The position numbers and the translations under genes were made by a program. From the NCBI RefSeq assembly GCF_054482525.1, contig NZ_CM137006.1: a DNA stretch of 64,000 nucleotides; one strand, written 5' to 3'. Of this stretch, positions 12,084 through 23,547 are shown one piece after another (position 1 is the first letter of the stretch; each line of letters opens with the position of its first letter). The notes beneath the pieces are model-generated. The model made no database searches. It was given only the letters and a program-made list of their open reading frames with translations, and had not been told where the DNA came from.

Positions 12084-13181
12084 ATGAAAGGACGTTGGGT
12101 AAAGTACCTTCTTATGGGCACGGTTGTGGCAATGCTTGCCGCCTGCTCTTCCAAACCAACCGATCGCGGACAGCAATATAAAGACGGGAAATTTACCCAG
12201 CCTTTCTCTCTGGTGAACCAGCCAGATGCCGTTGGCGCGCCGATTAACGCCGGTGATTTTGCCGAGCAAATTAACCATATCCGTAATTCGTCACCGCGTC
12301 TGTATGGCAACCAGAGTAATGTTTATAACGCGGTGCAAGAGTGGCTGCGCGCAGGCGGTGATACCCGCAATATGCGCCAGTTCGGCATTGATGCCTGGCA
12401 GATGGAAGGTGCCGACAACTATGGTAACGTGCAGTTTACAGGCTATTACACGCCGGTAATTCAGGCGCGCCATACCCGCCAGGGCGAGTTCCAGTATCCT
12501 ATTTACCGTATGCCGCCAAAACGTGGTCGTCTGCCGTCTCGTGCGGAGATCTACGCGGGGGCATTGAGCGATAAATACATCCTCGCTTACAGCAACTCCC
12601 TGATGGATAACTTCATTATGGATGTGCAGGGTAGCGGGTATATTGACTTTGGTGATGGCAGTCCGCTTAACTTTTTCAGCTATGCAGGGAAAAACGGTCA
12701 TGCATATCGCAGCATTGGTAAGGTGCTGATCGACCGTGGCGAAGTGAAAAAAGAAGATATGTCGATGCAGGCGATTCGTCACTGGGGCGAAACACACAGT
12801 GAAGCCGAGGTTCGCGAGCTGCTGGAACAGAACCCGTCTTTCGTCTTCTTTAAACCGCAATCTTTTGCACCGGTGAAAGGGGCAAGTGCGGTGCCGCTGG
12901 TTGGCCGTGCTTCTGTTGCCTCCGATCGTTCAATTATTCCGCCAGGTACTACCTTGCTGGCAGAAGTGCCGCTGCTGGATAATAACGGCAAATTTAACGG
13001 TCAGTACGAATTGCGTCTGATGGTGGCGCTGGATGTCGGTGGCGCAATCAAAGGCCAACACTTCGATATCTATCAAGGGATCGGGCCGGAAGCCGGGCAC
13101 CGCGCAGGTTGGTACAACCACTATGGACGTGTCTGGGTGCTGAAAACGGCTCCGGGCGCAGGTAACGTCTTTAGCGGCTGA
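12084..13181 (+). CDS. mltA: Membrane-bound lytic murein transglycosylase A (lipoprotein)
   Basis: 365 aa from ATG at 12084; lipobox LAACSS; ORF track extension upstream overlaps the tRNA genes and is spurious. Confidence 0.92.
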   Translation: MKGRWVKYLLMGTVVAMLAACSSKPTDRGQQYKDGKFTQPFSLVNQPDAVGAPINAGDFAEQINHIRNSSPRLYGNQSNVYNAVQEWLRAGGDTRNMRQFGIDAWQMEGADNYGNVQFTGYYTPVIQARHTRQGEFQYPIYRMPPKRGRLPSRAEIYAGALSDKYILAYSNSLMDNFIMDVQGSGYIDFGDGSPLNFFSYAGKNGHAYRSIGKVLIDRGEVKKEDMSMQAIRHWGETHSEAEVRELLEQNPSFVFFKPQSFAPVKGASAVPLVGRASVASDRSIIPPGTTLLAEVPLLDNNGKFNGQYELRLMVALDVGGAIKGQHFDIYQGIGPEAGHRAGWYNHYGRVWVLKTAPGAGNVFSG

Positions 13182-13216
13182 TGTGATATTCTGTATGCCG
13201 TTTTTACGGATACGAC

Positions 13217-13245
13217 AGGGTGAGGGATAACCTCGCCCTTTTTAT
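13217..13245 (+). terminator. Putative mltA intrinsic terminator
   Basis: AGGGTGAGG-gataa-CCTCGCCCT hairpin followed by T-run. Confidence 0.55.
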
Positions 13246-13256
13246 TCTGAGGTGCT

Positions 13257-14063
13257 ATGTCTGTGGTAATTAGTGATGCATGGCGTCAGCGTTTTGGTGG
13301 CACAGCGCGTCTGTATGGTGAAAAAGCGTTGCAACTGTTTGCTGACGCGCATATTTGTGTGGTCGGTATTGGCGGTGTCGGTTCCTGGGCGGCGGAAGCG
13401 CTGGCGCGCACAGGGATTGGCGCAATCACGCTTATCGATATGGATGATGTGTGCGTCACCAATACCAATCGGCAAATTCATGCCCTGCGCGATAACGTTG
13501 GGCTGGCAAAAGCGGAAGTTATGGCGGAGCGTATTCGCCAGATTAACCCGGAGTGCCGTGTAACGGTGGTGGATGATTTCGTGACGCCGGATAACGTAGC
13601 GCAGTATATGAGCGTGGGTTATTCGTACGTGATTGATGCCATTGATAGTGTACGGCCCAAAGCGGCGCTGATTGCTTATTGTCGGCGCAATAAAATTCCA
13701 CTGGTCACAACCGGTGGCGCGGGTGGGCAGATTGACCCGACGCAGATTCAGGTTACCGATCTGGCGAAAACGATTCAGGACCCGCTGGCGGCGAAGTTGC
13801 GTGAGCGCCTGAAAAGCGATTTTGGCATAGTGAAAAACAGTAAAGGTAAGCTCGGCGTGGATTGCGTGTTCTCTACCGAAGCATTGGTGTACCCGCAGTC
13901 AGACGGTACGGTGTGTGCTATGAAAGCCACGGCGGAAGGGCCGAAGCGGATGGATTGTGCATCTGGATTTGGCGCGGCGACGATGGTGACCGCCACCTTT
14001 GGTTTTGTTGCGGTTTCTCATGCGCTGAAGAAGATGATGGCGAAAGCGGCCCGTCAGGGGTAA
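13257..14063 (+). CDS. tcdA: tRNA threonylcarbamoyladenosine dehydratase (ThiF/MoeB-like E1 fold)
   Basis: 268 aa; nucleotide-binding GxGxxG (VGIGGVGSW); adjacent to csdAE. Confidence 0.9.
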   Translation: MSVVISDAWRQRFGGTARLYGEKALQLFADAHICVVGIGGVGSWAAEALARTGIGAITLIDMDDVCVTNTNRQIHALRDNVGLAKAEVMAERIRQINPECRVTVVDDFVTPDNVAQYMSVGYSYVIDAIDSVRPKAALIAYCRRNKIPLVTTGGAGGQIDPTQIQVTDLAKTIQDPLAAKLRERLKSDFGIVKNSKGKLGVDCVFSTEALVYPQSDGTVCAMKATAEGPKRMDCASGFGAATMVTATFGFVAVSHALKKMMAKAARQG

Positions 14064-14068
14064 ACAAT

Positions 14069-14104
14069 CAGGTCGGATGCGACGCGAACGTCTTATCCGA
14101 CCTG
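14069..14104. repeat. REP (repetitive extragenic palindrome) unit between convergent tcdA and csdE
   Basis: CAGGTCGGATGCGACGCGAACGTCTTATCCGACCTG palindrome. Confidence 0.6.
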
Positions 14105-14113
14105 GTTCTGTGC

Positions 14114-14557
14114 TTAAACCTGCTTCGCCACAGCGATAATCGCCTCGCTTAACGCATTCAACCCTTGGCTGCGTGAGGCGCTAAGCTGCGCACGCAATCC
14201 CAGCTCATCAAACAATGCCAGCGGCGACTGTGCCTGCAATTCGGCGGCGGTTTTCCCCTCAACGGCAGTCAACAACACCGCCAGCAGGCCGCGCACAATG
14301 CGCCCTTCGCTGTCGCCAAAGAAGTGCATTTTACCGTTTTCAGCCACGGTATATCCCAGCCAGACGCGGTTTTCGCATCCGGCAATCTCTTTAGCCTGCG
14401 CTTTTAACTCGTCTGGCAAAGCCGGAAGCTGTTTCCCCAGCATGATCAACTGGCGATATTTATCTTCCCATTGCGTCAACGGTGCGAAGGTATTGCGTAA
14501 CGTTTCTGCGGTTACGGTTGTGCCGAACGGATGTCCGGCGAATTGCGGGTTCGTCAT
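14114..14557 (-). CDS. csdE: Sulfur acceptor protein CsdE (SufE-like)
   Basis: 147 aa; SufE-family sequence; start overlaps csdA stop by 1 nt. Confidence 0.9.
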   Translation of the reverse strand: MTNPQFAGHPFGTTVTAETLRNTFAPLTQWEDKYRQLIMLGKQLPALPDELKAQAKEIAGCENRVWLGYTVAENGKMHFFGDSEGRIVRGLLAVLLTAVEGKTAAELQAQSPLALFDELGLRAQLSASRSQGLNALSEAIIAVAKQV

Positions 14558-15762
14558 TAATCCACCAATAATTCCAGCGCGCGGTCAACGGCATTCACCA
14601 GCGCATCCACATCACTCTTTGTATTATATGGCGCAAAAGAGGCGCGCAGTGTGCCGGTTACGCCTAATTCTGCCAGTAGCGGCTGAGCGCAATGCTGCCC
14701 GGCCCGCAGGGCAATACCGTACTCCGCCAGCAGCGTCACCATATCGCTGTGATGAACGCCAGCAAAATCAAAGGCCAGCAGGCTGGAATCCTGGCAGCGA
14801 AATGAGCGGAAGCCAGGACGTTTTGCCAGCGCATCTTCCGCCAGCGTTGCTAAGCTACGGCTCCAGCTTTCGGCCTGGTTGATATCGTAATCTGCCAGCC
14901 ATTCCAGCGCCGCGCTTAATCCTATGACACCAGCGACATTTGGCGTTCCGGCTTCCAGTTTCCACGGCGCAGATTGAGTCGTGAAGCCGTCAAAACTCAC
15001 TTCGTGAATCATTTTGCCGCCACCCAGCCAGGGTGACATCGCTTCCAGCAGTTCTGATTTGCCATACAGCACGCCGATACCCGTCGGGCCATACAGTTTG
15101 TGACCAGAGAAAGCATAGAAATCAATATCCAGTTGCTGAACATCCGCAGGGAAATGCACCGCCCCCTGAGCACCATCAACCATCACCACCATCCCGGCTG
15201 AATGAGCAAAGGTAATCGCTCGTGCCAGACCCGGGCAACCGCCAGTCACGTTCGACATCTGACCCAACGCCAGAATCCGACTACGAGGAGTAATCAGTTC
15301 CGGCAACAAATCGACATCTGGCAACCGCTGCGCATTAAGCGGCAATTTCACCACTTTGGCTCCCGTTTGTTGGGCGACCATCAGCCAGGGGACAAGGTTG
15401 GCGTGGTGTTCTGCCACGCTGACAATAATCTCATCGCCCGGTTGCAGACGCGGACGCGCATAGCATTGTGCCACCATGTTGATGGATTCAGTGGTGCCGC
15501 GCGTCCAGACGATAGTTTTATCATCCGGTGCATTCAGTAATTGCGCCACTTTCTCTCGTGCAGCTTCATAACGCGCGGTCAGGCGTTGGGCTTCGGCAAA
15601 CTGGCTGCGATGGACGTTTCCGGCGCTCAGGCTGTAAAACTGTCGAGTGGCTTCAACCACGGCTTCAGGTTTAAGCGCGGTCGCGGCGCTGTCGAGATAG
15701 ACGCCCGCATCCTGAAGTGCGGGAAACTGGGCGCGAAACTGCGCGGGATTAAAAACGTTCAT
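14557..15762 (-). CDS. csdA: Cysteine desulfurase CsdA (PLP-dependent)
   Basis: 401 aa from ATG at 15762 with GAGGAG Shine-Dalgarno (ORF track extends 12 codons further); class V aminotransferase motifs. Confidence 0.92.
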   Translation of the reverse strand: MNVFNPAQFRAQFPALQDAGVYLDSAATALKPEAVVEATRQFYSLSAGNVHRSQFAEAQRLTARYEAAREKVAQLLNAPDDKTIVWTRGTTESINMVAQCYARPRLQPGDEIIVSVAEHHANLVPWLMVAQQTGAKVVKLPLNAQRLPDVDLLPELITPRSRILALGQMSNVTGGCPGLARAITFAHSAGMVVMVDGAQGAVHFPADVQQLDIDFYAFSGHKLYGPTGIGVLYGKSELLEAMSPWLGGGKMIHEVSFDGFTTQSAPWKLEAGTPNVAGVIGLSAALEWLADYDINQAESWSRSLATLAEDALAKRPGFRSFRCQDSSLLAFDFAGVHHSDMVTLLAEYGIALRAGQHCAQPLLAELGVTGTLRASFAPYNTKSDVDALVNAVDRALELLVD

Positions 15763-15950
15763 GGTACTCCTCGGCTTGATGAACCGATCGTGACGCAAAA
15801 TTCACTTTGATACAAGGAGAGTGCTAACCATCAGAATTATCTGGATATCCTGGCGAAGCCGCGTAAGTAACATATGCTGAATAGTGTTAGGCGTTAATTT
15901 TAGCCTGTTAATCAATACTATTAAGATTTATTAATCGCTTTAAGGAGAAG

Positions 15951-16181
15951 ATGATGAAAAAGACTGCCGCAATTATTTCTGCCTGTATGCTGACTTTTGC
16001 CCTGAGCGCCTGTTCCGGTTCGAACTATGTGATGCACACCAATGACGGACGTACCATCGTCTCTGACGGCAAACCACAGACTGATAACGATACCGGTATG
16101 ATTTCGTATAAAGACGCTAATGGCAACAAACAGCAGATCAACCGTACTGACGTGAAAGAGATGGTCGAACTGGATCAGTAA
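15951..16181 (+). CDS. ygdI: Small DUF903-family lipoprotein
   Basis: 75-76 aa; signal peptide with lipobox LSAC; start may be the second ATG (15954). Confidence 0.8.
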   Translation: MMKKTAAIISACMLTFALSACSGSNYVMHTNDGRTIVSDGKPQTDNDTGMISYKDANGNKQQINRTDVKEMVELDQ

Positions 16182-16197
16182 TTCGCGATCGCAAGGT

Positions 16198-16403
16198 AAA
16201 AAAAAGCACCGCAATTAGGCGGTGCTACATTAATCACTATGGACAGACAGGGTAAATGTACAGGAAGTGAAAAAAGGTAGCTTTGCTACCATGGTCTGAA
16301 TCGCAGACCAATTGCAAACACAACAACACAACATCACAACCGTAAGCCAAAAGTTCACCAGAACACGCATTCCGATAAAACTTTTCGTTCCGGCTCAGGA
16401 AGT
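16198..16403 (-). ncRNA. gcvB: GcvB small regulatory RNA (Hfq-dependent, represses amino-acid/peptide transporters)
   Basis: 206-nt sequence recognised (5' ACTTCCTGAGCCGGAACGAAAAGTTTTATCGG... 3' GCACCGCCTAATTGCGGTGCTTTTTTTT on minus strand); G/U-rich target-binding regions; intrinsic terminator; divergent from gcvA. Confidence 0.9.
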
Positions 16404-16531
16404 GCCGCCACTATAGGTATTTGCTGGTAGAAGCTCAACGGACAATTTATAATGGCTCAGATTAAAAAAACTAATAGGTTACACAGTGTGATCTAATTGT
16501 TAAATTCATTTAACATCAAAGTTTAAAAGCC

Positions 16532-17449
16532 ATGTCTAAACGATTACCACCGCTAAATGCCTTACGAGTTTTTGATGCCGCAGCACGCCATTTAAGTTTC
16601 ACTCGCGCAGCAGAAGAGCTTTTTGTGACCCAGGCCGCAGTAAGTCATCAAATCAAGTCTCTTGAGGATTTTTTGGGGCTAAAACTGTTCCGCCGCCGTA
16701 ATCGTTCACTCCTGCTGACCGAGGAAGGGCAAAGCTATTTCCTCGATATCAAAGAGATATTTTCGCAATTAACCGAAGCGACGCGTAAACTCCAGGCCCG
16801 TAGCGCCAAGGGGGCGTTGACGGTCAGTTTACTCCCCAGTTTCGCCATTCATTGGTTGGTTCCGCGACTTTCCAGCTTTAATTCAGCTTATCCGGGAATT
16901 GACGTTCGAATCCAGGCGGTTGATCGTCAGGAAGATAAGCTGGCGGATGATGTTGATGTGGCGATATTTTATGGTCGGGGCAACTGGCCGGGGCTACGGG
17001 TGGAAAAACTGTACGCCGAATATTTATTGCCGGTGTGTTCGCCGCTACTGCTGACTGGCGAAAAACCCTTGAAGACCCCGGAAGATCTGGCTAAACATAC
17101 GTTATTACATGATGCGTCGCGCCGTGACTGGCAGACATATACCCGACAGTTGGGGTTAAATCATATCAACGTTCAGCAAGGGCCAATTTTTAGCCATAGC
17201 GCCATGGTGCTGCAAGCGGCTATCCACGGGCAGGGAGTGGCGCTGGCAAATAACGTGATGGCGCAATCTGAAATTGAGGCTGGACGTCTTGTTTGCCCGT
17301 TTAATGATGTACTGGTCAGTAAAAACGCTTTTTATCTGGTTTGTCATGACAGCCAGGCAGAACTGGGTAAAATAGCCGCCTTTCGCCAATGGATCCTGGC
17401 GAAAGCCGCTGCTGAACAAGAAAAATTCCGCTTTCGTTATGAACAATAA
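16532..17449 (+). CDS. gcvA: LysR-type regulator of the glycine cleavage system
   Basis: 305 aa; N-terminal LysR helix-turn-helix; divergent from gcvB. Confidence 0.95.
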   Translation: MSKRLPPLNALRVFDAAARHLSFTRAAEELFVTQAAVSHQIKSLEDFLGLKLFRRRNRSLLLTEEGQSYFLDIKEIFSQLTEATRKLQARSAKGALTVSLLPSFAIHWLVPRLSSFNSAYPGIDVRIQAVDRQEDKLADDVDVAIFYGRGNWPGLRVEKLYAEYLLPVCSPLLLTGEKPLKTPEDLAKHTLLHDASRRDWQTYTRQLGLNHINVQQGPIFSHSAMVLQAAIHGQGVALANNVMAQSEIEAGRLVCPFNDVLVSKNAFYLVCHDSQAELGKIAAFRQWILAKAAAEQEKFRFRYEQ

Positions 17450-17467
17450 TTTACGTAGGGTACGACC

Positions 17468-17863
17468 ATGACCAGCCGTTTTATGCTGATTTTCGCCGCC
17501 ATTAGCGGCTTCATTTTTGTGGCTCTGGGCGCTTTTGGCGCGCATGTGTTAAGTAAAACCATGGGGGCCGTTGAGATGGGCTGGATCCAGACCGGTCTCG
17601 AATATCAGGCGTTCCATACGCTGGCGATCTTAGGTCTGGCGGTGGCAATGCAGCGTCGCATCAGTATCTGGTTTTACTGGAGTAGCGTTTTCCTCGCGTT
17701 AGGCACGGTGCTGTTCAGCGGCAGCCTTTATTGCCTGGCGCTGTCCCATCTGCGTTTGTGGGCATTTGTCACACCGGTTGGCGGCGTGAGCTTCCTCGCG
17801 GGCTGGGCGTTAATGTTAGTTGGTGCTATCCGTTTAAAGCGCAAGGGCGTAAGTCATGAATAA
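17468..17863 (+). CDS. ygdD: DUF423 inner membrane protein
   Basis: 131 aa, 4 predicted TM helices; overlaps rlmM start by 8 nt. Confidence 0.85.
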
Positions 17864-18956
17864 GGTTGTATTGCTGTGCCGTCCGGGCTTTGAAAAAGAG
17901 TGCGCCGCAGAAATTACCGATAAAGCCGGCCAGCGGGAAATTTTCGGTTTTGCCCGCGTGAAAGAGAATGCGGGTTATGTCATTTATGAATGTTATCAAC
18001 CTGATGATGGCGATAAGTTAATCCGTGAGCTGCCGTTCAGTTCATTAATTTTTGCCCGCCAGTGGTTTGTGGTGGGGGAACTCCTGCAGCATTTGCCGCC
18101 AGAAGATCGTATTACTCCCATTGTCGGCATGTTACAGGGCGTAGTAGAGAAGGGCGGTGAACTGCGTGTTGAAGTTGCCGATACCAACGAAAGCAAAGAG
18201 TTGCTGAAATTCTGCCGTAAATTCACCGTGCCGCTACGCGCTGCCTTGCGCGATGCGGGTGTGCTGGCGAACTATGAAACGCCGAAGCGTCCGGTTGTGC
18301 ATGTATTCTTTATTGCACCAGGCTGCTGCTATACCGGTTACTCATACAGCAACAATAATTCGCCGTTCTATATGGGCATTCCGCGCCTGAAATTTCCGGC
18401 AGATGCGCCGAGTCGTTCCACGCTCAAACTGGAAGAGGCATTTCATGTGTTTATTCCTGCGGATGAGTGGGATGAACGCCTGGCGAACGGGATGTGGGCG
18501 GTGGATTTAGGCGCTTGCCCAGGCGGCTGGACCTACCAACTGGTGAAGCGCAACATGTGGGTTTATTCCGTCGACAACGGCCCGATGGCGCAAAGTCTGA
18601 TGGATACCGGACAGGTGACTTGGCTGCGGGAAGACGGTTTCAAATTCCGTCCGACACGCAGCAATATCTCCTGGATGGTATGCGATATGGTTGAAAAACC
18701 GGCGAAAGTTGCGGCATTGATGGCGCAGTGGCTGGTTAATGGCTGGTGTCGTGAAACCATTTTCAACCTCAAACTGCCGATGAAAAAACGCTACGAAGAA
18801 GTGTCACACAATCTGGCGTATATTCAGGCACAGCTTGATGAACATGGCATAAATGCTCAGATCCAGGCGCGGCAGTTGTATCACGATCGCGAAGAAGTGA
18901 CGGTGCACGTCCGCCGTATCTGGGCTGCGGTGGGTGGTCGTCGCGACGAGCGATAA
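17856..18956 (+). CDS. rlmM: 23S rRNA 2'-O-ribose C2498 methyltransferase
   Basis: 366 aa; position and sequence match. Confidence 0.9.
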
Positions 18957-18962
18957 CAGGCA

Positions 18963-18986
18963 AGGCCGGGGCGTCGTCTCCGGCCT
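18963..18986. terminator. Putative bidirectional terminator between convergent rlmM and fucR
   Basis: AGGCCGG-loop-CCGGCCT GC-rich hairpin between the two stop codons. Confidence 0.45.
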
Positions 18987-18999
18987 GCTACCCTTTCCG

Positions 19000-19731
19000 T
19001 CAGGCTGTTACCAAAGAAGTTGCAACCTGGCGCTCATCAGAAATAATGTGCGTTACCTCATCCAGATGCCCGATGCGGGCTTCCCCTGAACGATTAAATT
19101 TACTTTTATCAATCAATAACAACGATTGCGCGGCGCGTTTTAATAGCATTGATTTGTAATCAGCGTTGATGGCATTGGAGTCCCACAGTGCGCCGCTGCT
19201 ATCGATCCCTTCACAAGAAAAAATAAACAGATCGATTTCCAGCGATTTAAGTTGGGAAATCAGCGAGGGATTGACGTAACAGCCATATTTGCGCTCAAGT
19301 GTGCCACCGGAACTGATCAGTTGAATGCGTTCGCGTTTACCGAGTTCATGGCAAATCGGATGGCTATTGGTGAAGACCTGAATGTTGATGTCAGGCAACT
19401 GGCGTGCCAGATACCAGCAAGTTGAACTGGCGTCTAAGGCTATCACCATCCCTTCTTCAATCCACGCGAGCGCCTCGCGCGCGATATCTGCTTTATGCGC
19501 ATAATGGCTTTTCAGCCGGATGTGAAAGGGATCGCCACTGTCTTGATTTTGACGGTGGATATATTTAGCGCGTCCATGATTGCGCAGAATTTTACCCTGC
19601 GTCTGTAATTCATTGAGATCGCGACGAATGGTTTCTTTACTGACCTTTAGCTGTTCAGAGAGAGCTTCCGTGGTCAGGCTGGTATGGTTCAGCAGCAGGT
19701 CGACTATCGCTTGCTGGCGTGCCGCTTTCAT
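19000..19731 (-). CDS. fucR: DeoR-family L-fucose operon activator
   Basis: 243 aa from ATG at 19731; N-terminal HTH (DeoR); last gene of fuc cluster. Confidence 0.9.
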   Translation of the reverse strand: MKAARQQAIVDLLLNHTSLTTEALSEQLKVSKETIRRDLNELQTQGKILRNHGRAKYIHRQNQDSGDPFHIRLKSHYAHKADIAREALAWIEEGMVIALDASSTCWYLARQLPDINIQVFTNSHPICHELGKRERIQLISSGGTLERKYGCYVNPSLISQLKSLEIDLFIFSCEGIDSSGALWDSNAINADYKSMLLKRAAQSLLLIDKSKFNRSGEARIGHLDEVTHIISDERQVATSLVTA

Positions 19732-19788
19732 AATTTTCACCCCATCATTCGATAACCGCCCGCGTCATGCGGGCGTACCGGTATGAGA

Positions 19789-20211
19789 TTACGGTGTTAC
19801 CCCTTTTTTTAAAAGAATATTCCCGTACTTCGCTCGTTCGCCTGTGATAACGATCGCAAAGGCTTTTTGCGCCCGTTCATAAAACGCAAAACGATTGATG
19901 CGGATGATGTCAGGACAGGGGGCTTGTAGTGAAAGCGCATTACGATAACGTCGTTCTACTTCAGGATCGAGAGTGTCACCTTCTACCGCCGCCATCATCA
20001 CCAGCGGCGGGGCATAACTGTCCAGTTCAAATAACGGGATTATTGCCTGGAGCAAGTCGCTCACCAACAGGCCATCAGCGCGGATCACCTGCGGTCCCAT
20101 CGAATGGGCGGGAAAGTGAGCATCGGAAAAAATAATTTCATCTCCATGTCCCATCTCTGCCAGCACTTTCAATAGTTCGGGAGAAATTAACGGCGAAATT
20201 GTTTTCAGCAT
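19789..20211 (-). CDS. fucU: L-fucose mutarotase
   Basis: 140 aa; RbsD/FucU family; between fucK and fucR. Confidence 0.92.
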
Positions 20212-20212
20212 T

Positions 20213-21631
20213 TCACACTTCCTCTATAAATTCAGGTTCAGTTTGCGGGTAGAAATAACGGTACTGATAATGAATCTGTGCGCGGGCTTCTTCCGGGCTG
20301 TTAAATTCCCCTACGCCATACCAACCGAACAGCGCAGCTCCTGCGACGGTCGTTTCGGCGTCGTCGAGAACTTTTACCGGAATATCAAGCATATTGGCTT
20401 TAATCTGATTCCACAATGTGTTGCGACTTCCTCCACCGACTAACAATAATTCAGAGGCTTTAAAGTGCCCGATTTTTTCCAGCATCTGTAGATTGCGCTG
20501 TAATTGCGCAGTTAACCCTTCCAGCGCCGCGCGATAGAAATGCCCCCGCGTGGTATTAAGCGTCACTCCTTGCCAGCCAGCGTTCTGACACGACAATAAA
20601 TCACACTGCATTTTTACGCCATCCGCGCCAGGCGCGATCAGACGAGCTTCTTCAATCAACATTTGCCAGGGTGTTTCAGCCGTCCAGAACAGTTTTCTCA
20701 CCCATTCCAGCACGCCGGATGCCAGCCATTGCATACCTGGGTTATACAACCCTGCCTGGCTATCCAGTTCGCAGGTGGAACCGGCGTACTGACTTAACAG
20801 CGAAGTATCAACCTGGGCGCTACGGACCATTAAAATTTCCCATGTACCGGAAGAGAGCACGGGTTCATTTTGTTCGGCACCAGCGCCAAAAAGGGCGAAC
20901 TGGGTATCGTGACCTGCGGAAATCACCGGTATGCCAACGGGTAAGCCGAGCATTCCTGCGGCGCTGTTCTGTAACGTACCAATCTGTTCACCCGCTTCCA
21001 CCAGACGAGGGAAGAGTCGGCGTGGAATACCGGTGGCTTGTAAAATTTGCGGACTGAAATCGCGTTGCTGGATATCCAGCATCTGGCTGGTTCCGGCCAT
21101 CGTGATATCAGTAGTGAATTCGCCGGTTAAACGGTGGTTAATCAGCGACGAAATAAAGAGCCAGGCGTGCGCGCGTTCCAGCAGTTGTGGATGATTTTCT
21201 TTCAACCACACCAACTTATATAACGTATTGAAACTAAAGGCTCCGACTCCAGAAATAGCCTGCAACTGCTGTGCGGAGATCAACCGTTCAATATTGTCCA
21301 TTACCGCTGCTGTTCGCGGACATTTCCAGCTAATGATCGGATAGAGCAGATTGCCTTGCTTATCTACCAGAGCGCCATCCACACCAAAGGTGGTGACGGC
21401 GATACCGCGGATGTGGCATTCAGTCAGTTCACTATTGATTTGCCGACAGCAATCAGCAAAGCGTTGCAAAATGGCGTCTAAAGACCACTGGTGCCAGGTG
21501 GTGTTTTCCATCGCGATATCGCTGGCATTAGGCGTTGAGGCGCGGGCAACAATTTTTCCCTGCCGATTAACCGCGATGGCCCTGACATTGGTCGCGCCAC
21601 AGTCGAGTACCAGGATAACTTCTTGTTTCAT
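20213..21631 (-). CDS. fucK: L-fuculokinase (FGGY family)
   Basis: 472 aa from ATG at 21631 with AGGAG Shine-Dalgarno; ORF track extension to 21661 starts at TTG and is probably not used. Confidence 0.92.
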
Positions 21632-21648
21632 AATCGCTCCTGCAATAT

Positions 21649-21674
21649 AGCCGGATAACATTGCTTATCCGGCT
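21649..21674. repeat. REP-like perfect hairpin in fucI-fucK intergenic region
   Basis: AGCCGGATAA-cattgc-TTATCCGGCT; a second GC hairpin GCCCGGT...ACCGGGC lies at about 21695-21718. Confidence 0.55.
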
Positions 21675-21739
21675 AACCACTCTTGCTTGTTCAGGCCCGG
21701 TAGCCGGAGCGACCGGGCATCACATCAGGGAGTAATGTA

Positions 21740-23515
21740 TTAACGCTTGTACAACGGGCCGTAGTTCTGGCAAGCGCGGTAATCCTGGCCTTCAATATCC
21801 ATGCCGTGCGCGGCCCAGGCAGAAGGACGATACACTTTGGTCTCTTCAACGTTGTGCATACATACCGGGATACGCAGCATGGAGGCAAGAGTGATAAAGT
21901 CTGCGCCAACGTGGCCGATGGTCAGAACCCCGTGGTTAGCGCCCCAGTTCGCCATTACCGAGTACACATCCGTAAACGGCCCTTTACCGGTGAGGCGCGG
22001 TGCAAACCAGGTGGTTGGCCAGGTTGAGTTGGTGCGTTTGTTGAGGATGTCATGCACATCCTTCGGCAATTCCACGCTCCAGCCTTCCGCGATTTGCAGT
22101 ACCGGTCCCAGGCCTTTGATGATGTTGACTCGAGTCATAGTGAACGGGACGCCGCCTTCGGTAAGGAAGCGAGAAGAGTAACCGCCGCCACGGAAGTATT
22201 CGTGGATCGCCGGGCACCATTCGGTAGCGGCGAGGCAAGCGTCAGCCTCTTGCTGAGAGATTTCCCAGTGCGGCTTCATCGTCGGGTTACCTTCGCTGTC
22301 GCGTTGTTTACAGGAACCGTCCAGCGCAGCAGAACCGGAGTTGATCAAATGGATGATGCCGTGTTCTGCCAGTCCGTCCAGTTTATGCCCCGTTACACGC
22401 TCAATTGCTTCTGGTGACCAGTAGGTACGCACATCGGCAAATACCTGAGCGGTGCCGGTGAGCTGGTGACCCATTAGCATTGCCACGCCGTTAAGACTGT
22501 CGTTTTCGGTCGCCACGACAAAGGGTTCGCGCACGCCATTCCAGTCAAATGAACTGTTAAGGATCGCTTCGGCGGTGTCGCCATTGGGATATTGATCGGT
22601 CCAGTGACGTTGTCCCTGGAAGCCCGCAGCGATGGCGTTGTAGCCAAGTGATTCTTCCACGCGACCAATATCGGCCAGTTTGCTGTTGCCTTGCATCATG
22701 TCGCGGATACACATCGCCATCAGTAAACTTTCGCGCAGAACTGCGCGGCTTTGCTCGGCATTGCGTTGATACTGTTTGTTATTTTCATCTTCGCCATAGC
22801 GGAAGTTTTTATCAGCCCAGGCCAGCGCCATTTCCAGTTCGGCTTCGTCGTAAATCTTCTGATCGATACGGCGACGCAGTTCGGTCATATCCACCGCCTG
22901 GACTTTCATTCCCAGCCAGGATTCAAAGAAGTTGTGATCAACAATGGAACCGGCGATACCCATCGAAACGCCGCCCAGCGACAGATAGCTTTTACCTTTC
23001 ATACTGGCGACCGCCAAACCGGCGCGGGCAAAGCGCAGCAGTTTTTCTTCAACATCAGCAGGAATCGATGTGTCATCGGCATCCTGAACGTCATGACCGT
23101 AAATGGAGAATGCCGGGATGCCTTTCTGGCTGTGAGCTGCCAGAGCCGCAGCCAGGTAAACAGCGCCGGGGCGTTCAGTGCCGTTAAAGCCCCAAATGGC
23201 TTTCGGGCGGGTTGGATCCATGTCGATAGTTTCACTGCCATAGCACCAGCAAGGCGTTACCGTAATGGTGAGGCCTACATTCTGACTGCTGAATTTTTCT
23301 TCGCAAGCAGCGGCTTCAGCCATACCCGCGATACAGGTATCGGAAATGACACACTCGACGGCAGCTCCGCAGGCATGGCGCAGTTTCTCGGTCAGCAGTG
23401 CAGCCGTGGCTTTCGCCATATTCATTGTTTGTTCTTCAAGCGACTCACGAACACCCATGCGACGACCGTCAATAACCGGGCGGATACCAATTTTCGGTAA
23501 GCTGATTTTTTTCAT
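21740..23515 (-). CDS. fucI: L-fucose isomerase
   Basis: 591 aa; sequence and position. Confidence 0.95.
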   Translation of the reverse strand: MKKISLPKIGIRPVIDGRRMGVRESLEEQTMNMAKATAALLTEKLRHACGAAVECVISDTCIAGMAEAAACEEKFSSQNVGLTITVTPCWCYGSETIDMDPTRPKAIWGFNGTERPGAVYLAAALAAHSQKGIPAFSIYGHDVQDADDTSIPADVEEKLLRFARAGLAVASMKGKSYLSLGGVSMGIAGSIVDHNFFESWLGMKVQAVDMTELRRRIDQKIYDEAELEMALAWADKNFRYGEDENNKQYQRNAEQSRAVLRESLLMAMCIRDMMQGNSKLADIGRVEESLGYNAIAAGFQGQRHWTDQYPNGDTAEAILNSSFDWNGVREPFVVATENDSLNGVAMLMGHQLTGTAQVFADVRTYWSPEAIERVTGHKLDGLAEHGIIHLINSGSAALDGSCKQRDSEGNPTMKPHWEISQQEADACLAATEWCPAIHEYFRGGGYSSRFLTEGGVPFTMTRVNIIKGLGPVLQIAEGWSVELPKDVHDILNKRTNSTWPTTWFAPRLTGKGPFTDVYSVMANWGANHGVLTIGHVGADFITLASMLRIPVCMHNVEETKVYRPSAWAAHGMDIEGQDYRACQNYGPLYKR

Positions 23516-23547
23516 TACTGATTCCTCACTTTATTCGGAAAATATGT